From: Nemertoderma westbladi
Lineage: Eukaryota; Animalia; Xenacoelomorpha
DNA: 64,000 bases
Assembly (NCBI GenBank): GCA_032718475.1
Contig: JAUCBJ010000530.1
Location: 35,991-99,990 of the forward strand
Direction of reading: 5' to 3'
The position numbers and the translations under genes were made by a program. Within the stretch, counting starts at the first letter, position 1. Each line of letters starts with the position of its first letter. Shown one piece after another: positions 1-13,900 of this stretch. The notes below the pieces were generated by a model that saw only the letters and a list, made by a program, of their open reading frames with translations, ran no database searches and was not told the origin of the DNA.

Positions 1-214
1 ATTGGTTTATTGGTCGTTATTGGGTTTTATTAGAGCGAAATTCAAACTGAATTATTTTAATAATAGTACTAAGTACTGTATACACTTGTTTTTTTTTAGA
101 TTATCGTAGAATATATGTATCCTATTCGGTTAGTAATTGTACAAACAAGTTAATACACTAATAATTTAGAATTTATTATGGAAACTGAAGCAGAGTGGCT
201 GAACCTATTAAATA

Positions 215-1135
215 ATTGGGTTTTCAGGTCGCTGATCACGATAAAACTTGTTAAAAATATTTTTTGGAAAGGCAACCATTATTTTTTGTGGTATTTGGGT
301 CCCCCAGTATGAAAAGTACAAGTAAAAAAATGTCAAAATAAAAAAAATTGTGTTTGGTTTGATAATTCTGAACGTACGTGTTTTCGAGGTCGCTGATAAC
401 GATGAAATTAGTTATAAATCTTTCTGGTAATGCAAACCCAATTTTGGTGCTATTCTAGTGCCCCCCAGAACGAAAATTACAAGTAGCACAAACTTATTAA
501 CTGTCAAATTATGCCTTTGGTTTGTTAATTCTGAAGCTATACTGGTTTTCAAGGTAGCTGATCACGATACAACACGTTACAAATCATTCGTGGTAAAGCA
601 ACTGTCAATTTTGGTGCTTGTCTGGTGGGACGAAAATTACAAGTAGCAAACATTTCAAATTGTAAAAAGCTAATTTGGTTGGATAATACGATATTTTTTA
701 GTGTCATATTCGTGATCAGTGTCCCAGAAAACCCATAATGTCTAAAATTCAGGTTGATTTGGTAATGATTTTTGGTTATCAAACTTTTGCTACTTGTATT
801 TTTCGTGCCGCACATTGACAATATCAAAAAATTGTTTTAATTCGTGATCAGCATTCCAAAAAAACCATATGTTCATAAAATCAATTTAATTTTGTGGTGA
901 TTTTTCATTATCATATTTGCACTAAGATTTTTTCGTGCCCCATATGGACCACATTAAAAATTACCAAAAATTTTCTAGAATGTTATATTCGAGTTCAATA
1001 TTTGTGATCATTGTCCAAAAAAACCGCTATATATAGCGCAAAAAATTAATTTTGGTGAATTATAAAAACATTTGAAAATCTTAGCACGAAAAATACCTAA
1101 GATGGATGCCAGAAATGGACCACATCAAAAAATTA
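215..1135. repeat. Diverged foldback-like repeat: three ~160-bp units followed by three inverted related units
   Basis: Motif ttttc(n)aggtcgctgatcacgat at ~221, ~381, ~546; reverse-complement-like tcgtgatcag...ccaaaa at ~710, ~842, ~1003. Confidence 0.5.
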
Positions 1136-1139
1136 ACAT

Positions 1140-1311
1140 TGGTGGCGAGAAAAGGGACCTGCGTTTTTTTATTTTTTGTTTAAACACTCATAACTTTTTA
1201 ACGAAAAACTAGTTCGATATTCGGAAAGCACACAAAATTCTGCATCTAATAGGCCTAAAAACGCAAATTCGACCATGTGGTCCTCAGGTCCCTTTTCTCG
1301 CAACCAGCCAC
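1140..1311. mobile_element. Small MITE
   Basis: Inverted repeats tggtggcgagaaaagggacctg / caggtcccttttctcgcaacca. Confidence 0.65.
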
Positions 1312-1371
1312 AAATGTGATTAGCTATTAACAAATTCTGTCTAGATATTTAGTTATATATGAATTTATTAC

Positions 1372-1972
1372 CTAAACATGTAGTGACACCATCTCCTGTA
1401 TATCCAGTTTTGCAACTACAACTAAATCCACCATCAGTATTGGAACAGTCAGCATTAATGTGGCAGTTGTCTGTGTTTAATGTACATTCATCATCATCTA
1501 TAAAATTATTTTAAATTTATTTTTTAAGTAAATATAATTATAATATAAAAATACAAAATGTTTTCAGCTATTAACAAATTATACCTATAATTGTATATGA
1601 AATTATTACCTGAACATGTAGTGACACCATCTCCTGTATATCCAGTTTTGCAACTACAACTAAATCCACCATCAGTATTGGAACAGTCAGCATTAATGTG
1701 GCAGTTGTCTGTGTTTAATGTACATTCATCATCATCTATAAAATTATTTTAAATTCATTTTTTAAGTAAATATAATTATAGTATAAAAAAATAAAATGTA
1801 TCCAGTTATTAACAAATTTGTCTCTAATTGTATATAAATTTATTACCTGCACATGTACTGACACCATCTCCTGTATATCCTGATTTGCAACTACAACTAA
1901 ATCCACCATCAGTATTGGAACAGTCAGCATTAATGTGGCAGTTGTCTGTGTTTAATGTACATTCATCATCAT
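1372..1972 (-). CDS. EGF exons 33-35 (1847-1972, 1610-1735, 1372-1497)
   Basis: Same module; the last exon still ends in a GT donor, so the gene should continue leftward. Confidence 0.9.
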
Positions 1973-4900
1973 CTATAAAATTATATTAAATTAATTTTTT
2001 AAGTAAATACAAGATATATAATTTTAAGTGCAGACTTCCCGTGGTACCGATGAGTTTAAGGTTAGAATGCATGTCGTTGTCGTATGCTCCATTATGCTAA
2101 AACGAATTTTTATGATCAACTGTACAAGAAATGATAAATACATGTATTGAATTATAAATTTCTACAATATTAAATAAATCAATTTTAAACTAAATTAAAT
2201 TAAATGTTTTGTATTTATGTTGAATAATTATTAATTATTAATGTTCTTCAAGTATGTCGAAGAGGCCGCTTTTGTTAGTGGAGTCTACAGTTCCTAGGAT
2301 CGAGGCCGAGTTGCCGATTAGGATGGCTATCAGGAGTCTTTGCAGCAGAAATCGATGAGACCGGGGTTCCTGTGTTGCTTGTCGAATCTTCCTGCCGACC
2401 TCTTTCAGGAATGAGGTTGTTGCTGGTCCTGGCCGGCCAAGGGTTTCGAAGGCTACTGGTGCGAAGAGGTATCCTCGGTCTACTAGTTCTTCGTACTTTC
2501 TGGATTTGGTCTCTTCTTGCTCCTTGGCAACACGACCTCCTGCGGATAGACTGGTAGCGAGATGGCTGGGCGCTAGAGGGTCTATGACCGTCGCGTCCCA
2601 CATCAGGGACTTACCGCGCGACCAAGGGATGAGGGTCATGCCGTCTGGGCGTTTACCGTCCGTTCGACAGAGGCCTGGCGGCTCCAGGATGGACGGAACA
2701 CCACAGCTGGAGAGTGCGCGCTTTATGATGTCATTTAGCGCCGTGTGGCGCGGAATCCGCCCCAAGCTCCTCTGGCAGGACAGGCCATGTAGGCCTTCGG
2801 TATCGACTTCCTTACCGCATCTGGCGCATGTGTGTTGTTCTGTGACTCGACAGCCTAGTCGAGTAGCGATTGAGATATGGAGCTGACTGTCAGTTAGCTT
2901 TAAACCTAGCGACGACGATGGTAGCGCGTCTATCCAGCAACCGGAGACAGGGTCATCTAAAGAGTTTAGTCGAGCGATATTCTTTGGAGAAGCGGTGCGG
3001 CGAAGTGACGCGAGGTTCTCTTCGTGGATCGGGTTTGTCCAAGTCTTCTGCATGTTTACAGAGGACGCTGAAGGTTGCTCGCAATCGGTGGTCACTGATC
3101 TCTTCCAGAGCTCATAGGCGTGATCAGTTAAGGTGTTTCGAGATGGAGTAGGCGCAGTGGTGGTGAAAAGACAGCCAGTAAGTTCAGCACATGCAGCCGC
3201 AGAAGCCAGATAGGCAGAAGGGGCGAGCTGTATGGCTGAGCTTAGGCCCAACCCGCCTGAACGAGCTGGTACACAGGCCTGTATCCACGAACTGTCATTG
3301 ATTCCGACGTTTGCTACTTTCACCAACGCAGACCGCAGTGTATCGTCATATCTTTCCAGAAGCTGGGGAAACGAAAAACATGGAGCAGAGCGGAGGTAAT
3401 ATAGCAGGCGAGGGATTGCGAAAGAGTTCCTAAGCAAGAAGAATCCATGGTGGCTGTCGAGGAGATGAAGCCGGTCGCTAATCAAGGCCAAGTCGTTTAT
3501 CTCGTCAGTCAGACAGGACTCTATAGCCTCAGATCCGATTGGGGCCCCTAGCATAATCAGTTGGTCAGTTAAAGGTAACTGGATCTTTCCGCCACAAACT
3601 CTATTGAAATCTTCCTGAATCCGGGCTCGATCATCATCAGACACTGGACCCAGAAAAAATAGCTCGCACTTTGAGGGGTTTAGGGTGAGGCCAAGTTTCT
3701 TCCCTTCCACAATTATCGTTCTCAGATCATCTAGAACAACGGTATACAATCCTGCCATGTTACCATCGTCAAGATACCATACGTTAAAATCGGATTTCAA
3801 TGAGTGGATGGTGTCGTTGATTGTGTCTCCGAAGAGAGGGGGTCCCTCGGGGTCACCCTGTTGGGCTCCATCATCAGAGACTAAGATTTCATCACCGTGA
3901 ACTAGAAAGCTTGAGTTACCATAGGCAGCCAACGTATAGTTATATATGCTGGGATACTTCCTCGCCACAGTCTCGAGAATGGCATCACGTCGAAGTGAAT
4001 TGAAGGCATTGTTGAAATCTACCTTCAGCAACACCGTGTTGGGAGCGTTCGTTGAAGATATCAAGGACCGGGACGTGGGCTGCAGCCTCTGTCCCATTCT
4101 TTGTTCCTATTCCTAACTGGATGTGGCCGTAAGATTCGATGCTCTGGTCTTTGACTGTGTGGCTGGCGTATTTGGCACTTAGTCTACGCCAGGTATTGCC
4201 TACGGCAATTGGCCGGATGCCACCGAAAATCTTCGTAAATGCTAGCAGATTGGCTCCGAAGTAAGTTGGTCCAATTTTATCTGGAACTTTCCCGGCGTGT
4301 GTTATGCCAATGAATTTCGCGACGGCACCCAGAAGACGATTTCCAGACACCCCAGAGGTAAATACAATTTATTGGGAGTAAATACAATTATAGTATAAAA
4401 ACATAAAATGTATCCAGTTATTAAAAAATTTGTCTCTAATTGTATATAAATTTATAACCTGCACATGTAATGACACCATCTCCTGTATATCCAGTTTTGC
4501 AACTACAACTAAATCCACCAGCAGTATTGGAACAGTCAGCATTAATGTGGCAGTTGTCTGTGTTTAATGTACATTCATCATCATCTATAAAATTATATTA
4601 AATTCATTTTGTAGGTAAATATAATTTTAGTATAAAAACAGAGAATGTGTTTAGCTATTAACAAATTCTGTCTAGATAGTTAGTTATATATGAATTTATT
4701 ACCTAAACATGTAGTGACACCATCTCCTGTATATCCAGTTTTGCAACTACAACTAAATCCACCATCAGTATTGGAACAGTCAGCATCAATGTGGCAGTTG
4801 TCTGTGTTTAATGTACATTCATCATCATCTATAAAATTATTTTAAATTTATTTTTTTAAGTAAATATAATTATAGTATAAAAATATAAAATGTTTTTAGC

Positions 4901-7900
4901 TATTAACAAATTATATCTATAATCAATGGATAACAAATTCTAGAATTTATTCTTAATATTTAAGTGACGCATATTATTTTATCATACATAAACAAATGAG
5001 TATTCTTTAATACTTAATAGAGAATATTGATATTAATCAAAATTAACACAACCAAATTAAATATATATATAAAGAGTTGATCGATAGAGTATTTCAGTAT
5101 TATATGTTATACATTTGTTTATGTGGATCTCAACAGCTCGGCCGTGGGCTAGTATTGTGTCGTTATGTCTCGTCCACGAAGACCGGCCCCATCGCCAAAC
5201 CCAAGTCCACGCCAAGATCTGCGACCACCACGGAGGCAAAGAGAACTCGATCTCAGCAGTGCAAATTGCAATCTTCGTCGAACGCCTCCCAACACGCTGG
5301 CGAGACCGCGCTCACGCATTGGTTGGTGCTTCCCCACCAGGACTTCTGCAATGTGATTGATCAGTATCCTGGTTTCTGGACACCACACACCGTCTGTGGT
5401 ACCCATGAGTGGAGTGAACGACATCCGTCGGTCTTCACAGACAGTGCGGTAGTGGCGCCTCTTATAGATGCAGCGTTCTTCGAGGAGAGACTCGGTGGAT
5501 CGATTGGCCTGGGCGTACGAGGTGGCGTCAGCGTTTATAATCACAACATCTAACGACGCCACCCGTTGGTTCGCCCAGAGCCCTCGCGCTACTAAATCGG
5601 CTCGTACACCCCCGACCGTTGTCCCAGTGTTGTCTAGCTGTCCCTGGGACAGGGTTACCTCGCGCTCGACGCTTGTGGCCCCAACCACAGAAGCAAGCAG
5701 GTCGCCAAACACCTTGCGGACCTCGTCGTGGCACTTCACTATCAAACCCCCCAGCTTGCAGCTCAGGGCATGGGAGGTAGAGAACTCGCCTCCACAACAC
5801 TCGCACTTCACTGGCAGGCCGGGAGGGACTAAGCCATACCGGAGGGCCAGGTTATCGCGGAACTCCTCCGCACTTAGGTCCGTGTGATGTAATACCGAGG
5901 GCTGTGCATTCAGCCAGCCTCTGCTCCGATGGTTTACCGCACGTTCGACCGTTCTCCGCTGGGCTGCAGGGATGGCTTCCAGTACAGAATCCCGTTTCTC
6001 TATAAAGGTTACTTCCAGTTCTTCCCTGGATTTCTTGAGTTCCTGTTTTAGTTGCAAGACGTGATCGGCAACTTGTAGCGTTGTGCCGTTTCAAATCGCC
6101 TCCGAAACTAAGACAGTGCCTTTGGTGGATGCTTGATGCGCCGACAACCTTCTGATCAACGGATCCCGAATTCCAATTCCTCCGTGTCGTGTTGGTAGTA
6201 AAAGCAACTCCTCATCCGTATCCCCAAGAACTGGAAACCCAAAAATGGCAGGTATGAAGTCGAGGAGGAGAGCCGTCCGGATTGGGGCGATTTGGTCTAA
6301 GGTTGTAGGGATCACTCTCAGCAGGTAGTCCCATTCTGCTTGGACGCAGAGTGAGACCGCGGTATGCGCTGATTGGGGGTATTCCTTCGCTACTGCTGAA
6401 AGTTTACGGACACTGTCCTTCCAACCCGCCACCTTCTCGCTAATGTAGACGTTCCTTCCCGACGCAGCCCCGATGAAACCGCCCAAGTAACGATGTCCGG
6501 ATACGATCTGTACCCCTGTCTGGGTAAATAATTCCTGGGCCTCAACTTCACAGCCAGGCTTAACAATCAGGAATGTTTCCGAGGGCTCGGGAAAGTATCC
6601 AATCATTGGACCGATCTCCATAAGTACGTCCCACCACTCACGAATACTGGCGAGTTTACCAGCTGATGAGGAGTCGTCGGCATACCAACATTGAGTCTGA
6701 TCCCTGCGGTTCAGGTCCGGTTGTGGAGAAATAACTGGAGCCGATGGCTCCTCGCGATGGTTGGGCGGTGTCGATTGTGGAGTCGATGGGATGAAGTCTG
6801 TGGAAGATGGTGACTGAGATCTAACCTCACGCAGCTTCCTAACCAATGGTAGGGTTGCGCAGGCGTAGCCAAACATGGCGGCTGGGTCCCCTTGCGTCCA
6901 GCCCTCACTGCTCCACAGTGGATTGTTGCTGCCGTGTAGGTAGAGTGCTGCGTGTCCATTATACGAGTTATATAAAAACCGAGAAGCGCGGTGCCACAGG
7001 ACTCTGCAGTTCCAAAGAGAAACTGGCCGACTCACTTGAGTTGAATGCATTTTTCGCGTCAACGAGAAGCATTGCTTGAGTTTCATCATCCTCGAATACA
7101 GCTGTCATTGCGTGGACTGCCGCTTCGATGCCGGCCTTTATTCCCGCACACAACTGGTCGGCGCCGCACTGCTGAATGAGATCGGCCTTGGTTTCATCCA
7201 TTAGGCAGTTCGCTATGAGGCGGTACAGCACTTCAGGGATTCCGATGGGCCGAACTCCTGGTAGTTTGTCGAGTGCCACTAAACGGCAGGCCCGCAATGC
7301 CCGAATCTCTCCCCATGGTACAACCGTATTGGCCAGACAACGAGTCAAACCCGCTACAGCTTCCCGGAGCCTGGAGCTGTGACCTTCATACCTCGTTAGG
7401 AGTGCGCACCAAAACTCACCGTCACCTCCAACCGGTCCTGCGCTACCACGCAACGCTCTCGCATTCTTCGAAACACACTGCCCAGTAATATCGATCCCTT
7501 CGAACTGCGGCAGGTCGTGACAGGGGTCGAGTGATTCCACCGGAACTTCCATCTGAGGTAGGTGTTTCTCCACCAGGATGTCTCTAACCGTGACACCAAG
7601 GGGTTTACCCCCTGCATGCGCATTCGGGTCCAACATTCCGCCAGAATCCCGATCGGTCACTAACCTCACTGCGGCCCGGTCCATCCCCGCGAGAATCTTT
7701 CGGTTGAATAACCGCGCTGAATTATCAGCTGTGGAAATGCCTCTACTCGAAGGGAACTTCGCGTTACAGCGCTCCGACTCAGTGAGGAGGGGGTCGAACT
7801 CGCCACGCTCCCACATCTCAACACGCCTCAGTATCGTTCTCCTGATATCAGGACTCTTTACTACATCCGGGTCCCTCTGAAACATTAAGGCGATGAAGCA

Positions 7901-10900
7901 CAGAGGGCGTTCTGAAGGGTGCTGACCCTGAGTAAGGCCCTCAATCTCCTGGGTGAGAACATCTACGAGCTTACGCCCAGCATTGCCACCTGGAACCACA
8001 TACCTCCTACTGGGTAACTGAGCCAGACGAGCATGTCTAGCTTCCCAAACGGGATCCATTGAGCTTCCAGGACCGTTAATCCACACGCCACCGAAGGCGG
8101 ATTCGAGGACCTTGGAAGTTGAGAGAGGCGTTGAAGGTGACGACTCAGGAGAACCTGCTACCGGAGAAGGGCCCGAGCTAGTGGGAGAAAGTTGGCCTGC
8201 GTTGTTTCCAGTTGCCAAGCTTGCGTTGCTGTTTAGAGCGGCTGTTTGTGGGTTTAAACAGCTTCCTGACGACGACGGCGTGCAATTCGCACAAGGGCGT
8301 TGGGCCCTGACACATCCACATCGACTGGTGGGGCTACATCCACTAATCGTGCAGCCACAGCAGCGCTGTGAACTGAGCGACATTGGATCCTTGGTGGTAA
8401 TAGGATCTTCTGCTATTGATATAGTATCCCCCACTCTAGATGTAATTACTGGATTTTGAGGTTTAGATATGCAAGGAGTTAAATGGGAAATTATAAAACC
8501 AGATCCTATACAGGATGTACCCTTCACATTCTTATGCTTCCGCAACTTACCACTTTGATTGGCTGCAATCATTTTTTGGCAGGAAGGGCATAGATTTTTG
8601 CCAGTTTGTGCAATAGGAGGCTGGTTAAGAGAACCTTGCTGAGTTGGGGAGGGTTGATGGGTTGGAGGAGAAACTGATTGGGTGGTAGGTAACTGGGTGT
8701 TAGTGGGTTGTGAGGGGACTGAGTCTGCAGCTTTCACTAGAACTGATTTTAATGACACCAAGGAATGAAGATATACACGAAAGGACTGCATAGAGGTATC
8801 GTTAACTGTTTCAATCGACTCCTTATTTAGGATGAGTTGTGCAAACTTACAGACGTAGATACCACATTGATAACCATTGTACTGGAGCTTAGGGAGTGGA
8901 GGAGAAATATGAAAATCACATAGAGGGATTCTGAAACGATTAGCCTCATTAGATAGCCATAATTTGAATTCATCTATGAGTTTTAAGTCCAATCCACCAA
9001 GTGAGTTGAAATAGCAAATCTCCCATGTAGCGGGTGAAAAGGTAAGCAGTGTCCAATGGTTGTTACAATGGATGGGAAAGAATAAATAATCTAATGAAAA
9101 GTCACTTAATCTGGTCCAACTTTTTAATGATTCATAACCTCCTTTGCTCCTTAGTATATAAAGAAAGCGAGTGCTGAAAACTCGTACTTTCTGTGCATTC
9201 GCAATGCACATTACACCAATGACACTTTCTATAATGTTATCTGTTACCCAATTTTGGCCGTCCAAGCTTCCAATATCCCTTTCTGAGAGTGTAAAACCTT
9301 CATAATTGTATGTGTTTACATAATTGGGGGGGGACGTCATTCGAGAGTAGCGATTCGGTAAGGTCGATGCAGCTTGAATTCATTTTACAGGTAGTAGTAG
9401 ATCAGCTAGTTGTTGGGCGAAAGTCCAATAAAACATGTAATATACATTTGGTGGGCAATATAACATAAATTAACATCATTATACTAGGCCTATATCATAT
9501 TAAGGTTCCTATTTTTATAAATCTTATTTTTGTAGTAACAATTACGTAATAGCTAGTATATAATAAAAATTCACTCTGAGAATTAACTCTGAAAATTTAT
9601 TCACCCTCTCTTACTCAAAAATTCTAGAAACCCCATCTAAATAAAATATAATATATAAATCCAATTATATCTATAATTGGATTTAAATTTATTACCTGCA
9701 CATGTAGTGACACCATCTCCTGTATATCCAGTTTTGCAACTACAACTAAATCCACCATCAGTATTGGAACAGTCAGCATTAATGTGGCAGTTGTCTGTGT
9801 TTAATGTACATTCATCATCATCTATAAAATTATTTTAAATTCATTTTTTAAGTAAATACAATTATAGTATAAAAACATAAAATGTATCCAGTTATTAACA
9901 AATTTGTCTCTAATTGTATATAAATTTATTACCTGCACATGTAATGACACCATCTCCTGTATATCCTGATTTGCAACTACAACTAAATCCACCATCAGTA
10001 TTGGAACAGTCAGCATTAATGTGGCAGTTGTCTGTGTTTAATGTACATTCATCATCATCTATAAAATTATTTTAAATTCATTTTTTAAGTAAAATACAAT
10101 TATAGTATAAAAACATAAAATGTATCCAGTTATTAACAAATTTGTCTCTAATTGTATATAAATTTATTACCTGCACATGTAATGACACCATCTCCTGTAT
10201 ATCCTGATTTGCAACTACAACTAAATCCACCATCAGTATTGGAACAGTCAGCATTAATGTGGCAGTTGTCTGTGTATAATGTACATTCATCATCATCTAT
10301 AAAATTATTTTAAATTTTTTTTTTAAGTAAATATAATTATAGTATAAAAATATAAAATGTTTTTAGCTATTAACAAATTATATCTATAATTGTATATAAA
10401 TTTATTACCTGCACATGTAGTGACACCATCTCCTGTATATCCTGATTTGCAACTACAACTAAATCCACCATCAGTATTGGAACAGTCAGCATTAATGTGG
10501 CAGTTGTCTGTGTTTAATGTACATTCATCATCATCTATAAAATTATTTTAAATTTATTTTTTAAGTAAATATAATTATAGTATAAAAATATAAAATGTTT
10601 TTAGCTATTAACAAATTATATCTATAATTGGATTTAAATTTATTACCTGCACATGTAGTGACACCATCTCCTGTATATCCTGATTTGCAACTACAACTAA
10701 ATCCACCATCAGTATTGGAACAGTCAGCATTAATGTGGCAGTTGTCTGTGTTTAATGTACATTCATCATCATCTATAAAATTATTTTAAATTCATTTTTT
10801 AAGTAAATACAATTATAGTATAAAAACATAAAATGTATCCAGTTATTAACAAATTTGTCTCTAATTGTATATAAATTTATTACCTGCACATGTAATGACA

Positions 10901-13900
10901 CCATCTCCTGTATATCCTGATTTGCAACTACAACTAAATCCACCATCAGTATTGGAACAGTCAGCATTAATGTGGCAGTTGTCTGTGTTTAATGTACATT
11001 CATCATCATCTATAAAATTATATTAAATTCATTTTTTAAGTAAATACAATTATAGTATAAAAACATAAAATGTATCCAGTTATTAACAAATTTGTCTCTA
11101 ATTGTATATAAATTTATTACCTGCACATGTAATGACACCATCTCCTGTATATCCAGTTTTGCAACTACAACTAAATCCACCAGCAGTATTGGAACAGTCA
11201 GCATTAATGTGGCAGTTGTGTGTGTTTAATGTACATTCATCATCATCTATAAAATTATATTAAATTCATTTTTTAAGTAAATACAATTATAGTATAAAAA
11301 CATAAAATGTATCCAGTTATTAACAAATTTGTCTCTAATTGTATATAAATTTATTACCTGCACATGTAGTGACACCATCTCCTGTATATCCTGATTTGCA
11401 ACTACAACTAAATCCACCATCAGTATTGGAACAGTCAGCATTAATGTGGCAGTTGTCTGTGTTTAATGTACATTCATCATCATCTATAAAATTATATTAA
11501 ATTCATTTTTTAAGTAAATACAATTATAGTATAAAAACATAAAATGTATCCAGTTATTAACAAATTTGTCTCTAATTGTATATAAATTTATTACCTGCAC
11601 ATGTAACGACACCATCTCCTGTATATCCAGTTTTGCAACTACAACTAAATCCACCAGCAGTATTGGAACAGTCAGCATTAATGTGGCAGTTGTCTGTGTT
11701 TAATGTACATTCATCATCATCTATAAAATTATATTAAATTCATTTTTTAAGTAAATACAATTATAGTATAAAAACATAAAATGTATCCAGTTATTAACAA
11801 ATTTGTCTCTAATTGTATATAAATTTATTACCTGCACATGTAATGACACCATCTCCTGTATATCCAGTTTTGCAACTACAACTAAATCCACCAGCAGTAT
11901 TGGAACAGTCAGCATTAATGTGGCAGTTGTCTGTGTTTAATGTACATTCATCATCATCTATAAAATTATATTAAATTCATTTTTTAAGTAAATACAATTA
12001 TAGTATAAAAACATAAAATGTATCCAGTTATTAACAAATTTGTCTCTAATTGTATATAAATGTATTACCTGCACATGTAGTGACACCATCTCCTGTATAT
12101 CCAGATTTGCAACTACAACTAAATCCACCATCAGTATTGGAACAGTCAGCATTAATGTGGCAGTTGTCTGTGTTTAATGTACATTCATCATCATCTATAA
12201 AATTATATTAAATTCATTTTTTAAGTAAATACAATTATAGTATAAAAACATAAAATGTATCCAGTTATTAACAAATTTGTCTCTAATTGTATATAAATTT
12301 ATTACCTGCACATGTAGTGACACCATCTCCTGTATATCCAGTTTTGCAACTACAACTAAATCCACCATCAGTATTGGAACAGTCAGCATTAATGTGGCAG
12401 TTGTCTGTGTTTAATGTACATTCATCATCATCTATAAAATTATTTTAAATTCATTTTTTAAGTAAATACAATTATAGTATAAAAACATAAAATGTATCCA
12501 GTTATTAACAAATTTGTCTCTAATTGTATATAAATTTATTACCTGCACATGTAATGACACCATCTCCTGTATATCCAGTTTTGCAACTACAACTAAATCC
12601 ACCAGCAGTATTGGAACAGTCAGCATTAATGTGGCAGTTGTCTGTGTTTAATGTACATTCATCATCATCTATAAAATTATATTAAATTCATTTTTTAAGT
12701 AAATACAATTATAGTATAAAAACATAAAATGTATCCAGTTATTAACAAATTTGTCTCTAATTGTATATAAATTTATTACCTGCACATGTAGTGTCACCAT
12801 CTCCTGTATATCCAGTTTTGCAACTACAACTAAATCCACCATCAGTATTGGAACAGTCAGCATTAATGTGGCAGTTGTCTGTGATTAATGTACATTCATC
12901 ATCATCTATAAAATTATTTTAAATTTATTTTTTAAGTAAATATAATTATAGTATAAAAATATAAAATGTTTTTAGCTATTAACAAATTATATCTATAATT
13001 GTATTTAAATTTATTACCTGCACATGTAGTGACACCATCTCCTGTATATCCTGATTTGCAACTACAACTAAATCCACCAGCAGTATTGGAACAGTCAGCA
13101 TTAATGTGGCAGTTGTGTGTGTTTAATGTACATTCATCATCATCTATAAAATTATATTAAATTCATTTTTTAAGTAAATACAATTATAGTATAAAAACAT
13201 AAAAATGTATCCAGTTATTAACAAATTTGTCTCTAATTGTATATAAATTTAATACCTGCACATGTAATGACACCATCTCCTGTATATCCTGATTTGCAAC
13301 TACAACTAAATCCACCATCAGTATTGGAACAGTCAGCATTAATGTGGCAGTTGTCTGTGTTTAATGTACATTCATCATCATCTATAAAATTATATTAAAT
13401 TCATTTTTTAAGTAAATACAATTATAGTATAAAAACATAAAATGTATCCAGTTATTAACAAATTTGTCTCTAATTGTATATAAATTTATTACCTGGACAT
13501 GTAATGACACCATCTCCTGTATATCCAGTTTTGCAACTACAACTAAATCCACCAGCAGTATTGGAACAGTCAGCATTAATGTGGCAGTTGTCTGTGTTTA
13601 ATGTACATTCATCATCATCTATAAAATTATTTTAAATTCATTTTGTAGGTAAATATAATTTTAGTATAAAAACAGAAAATGTGTTTAGCTATTAACAAAT
13701 TCAGTCTAGATAGTTAGTTATATATGAATTTATTACCTAAACAAGTAGTGACACCATCTCCTGTATATCCAGATTTGCAACTACAACTAAATCCACCATC
13801 AGTATTGGAACAGTCAGCATTAATGTGGCAGTTGTCTGTGTTTAATGTACATTCATCATCATCTATAAAATTATATTAAATTCATTTTTTAAGTAAATAC

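Noticed and set aside
2045-2110. Hammerhead ribozyme near the CRE 3' end (ccgatgag...aaacgaat)
   Set aside because: The core deviates from CUGAnGA/GAAA and stems I and III were not found.
5077-8459. Plus-strand ORFs overlapping the HERO element
   Set aside because: Antisense shadows of a GC-rich retrotransposon ORF with no recognisable motifs.
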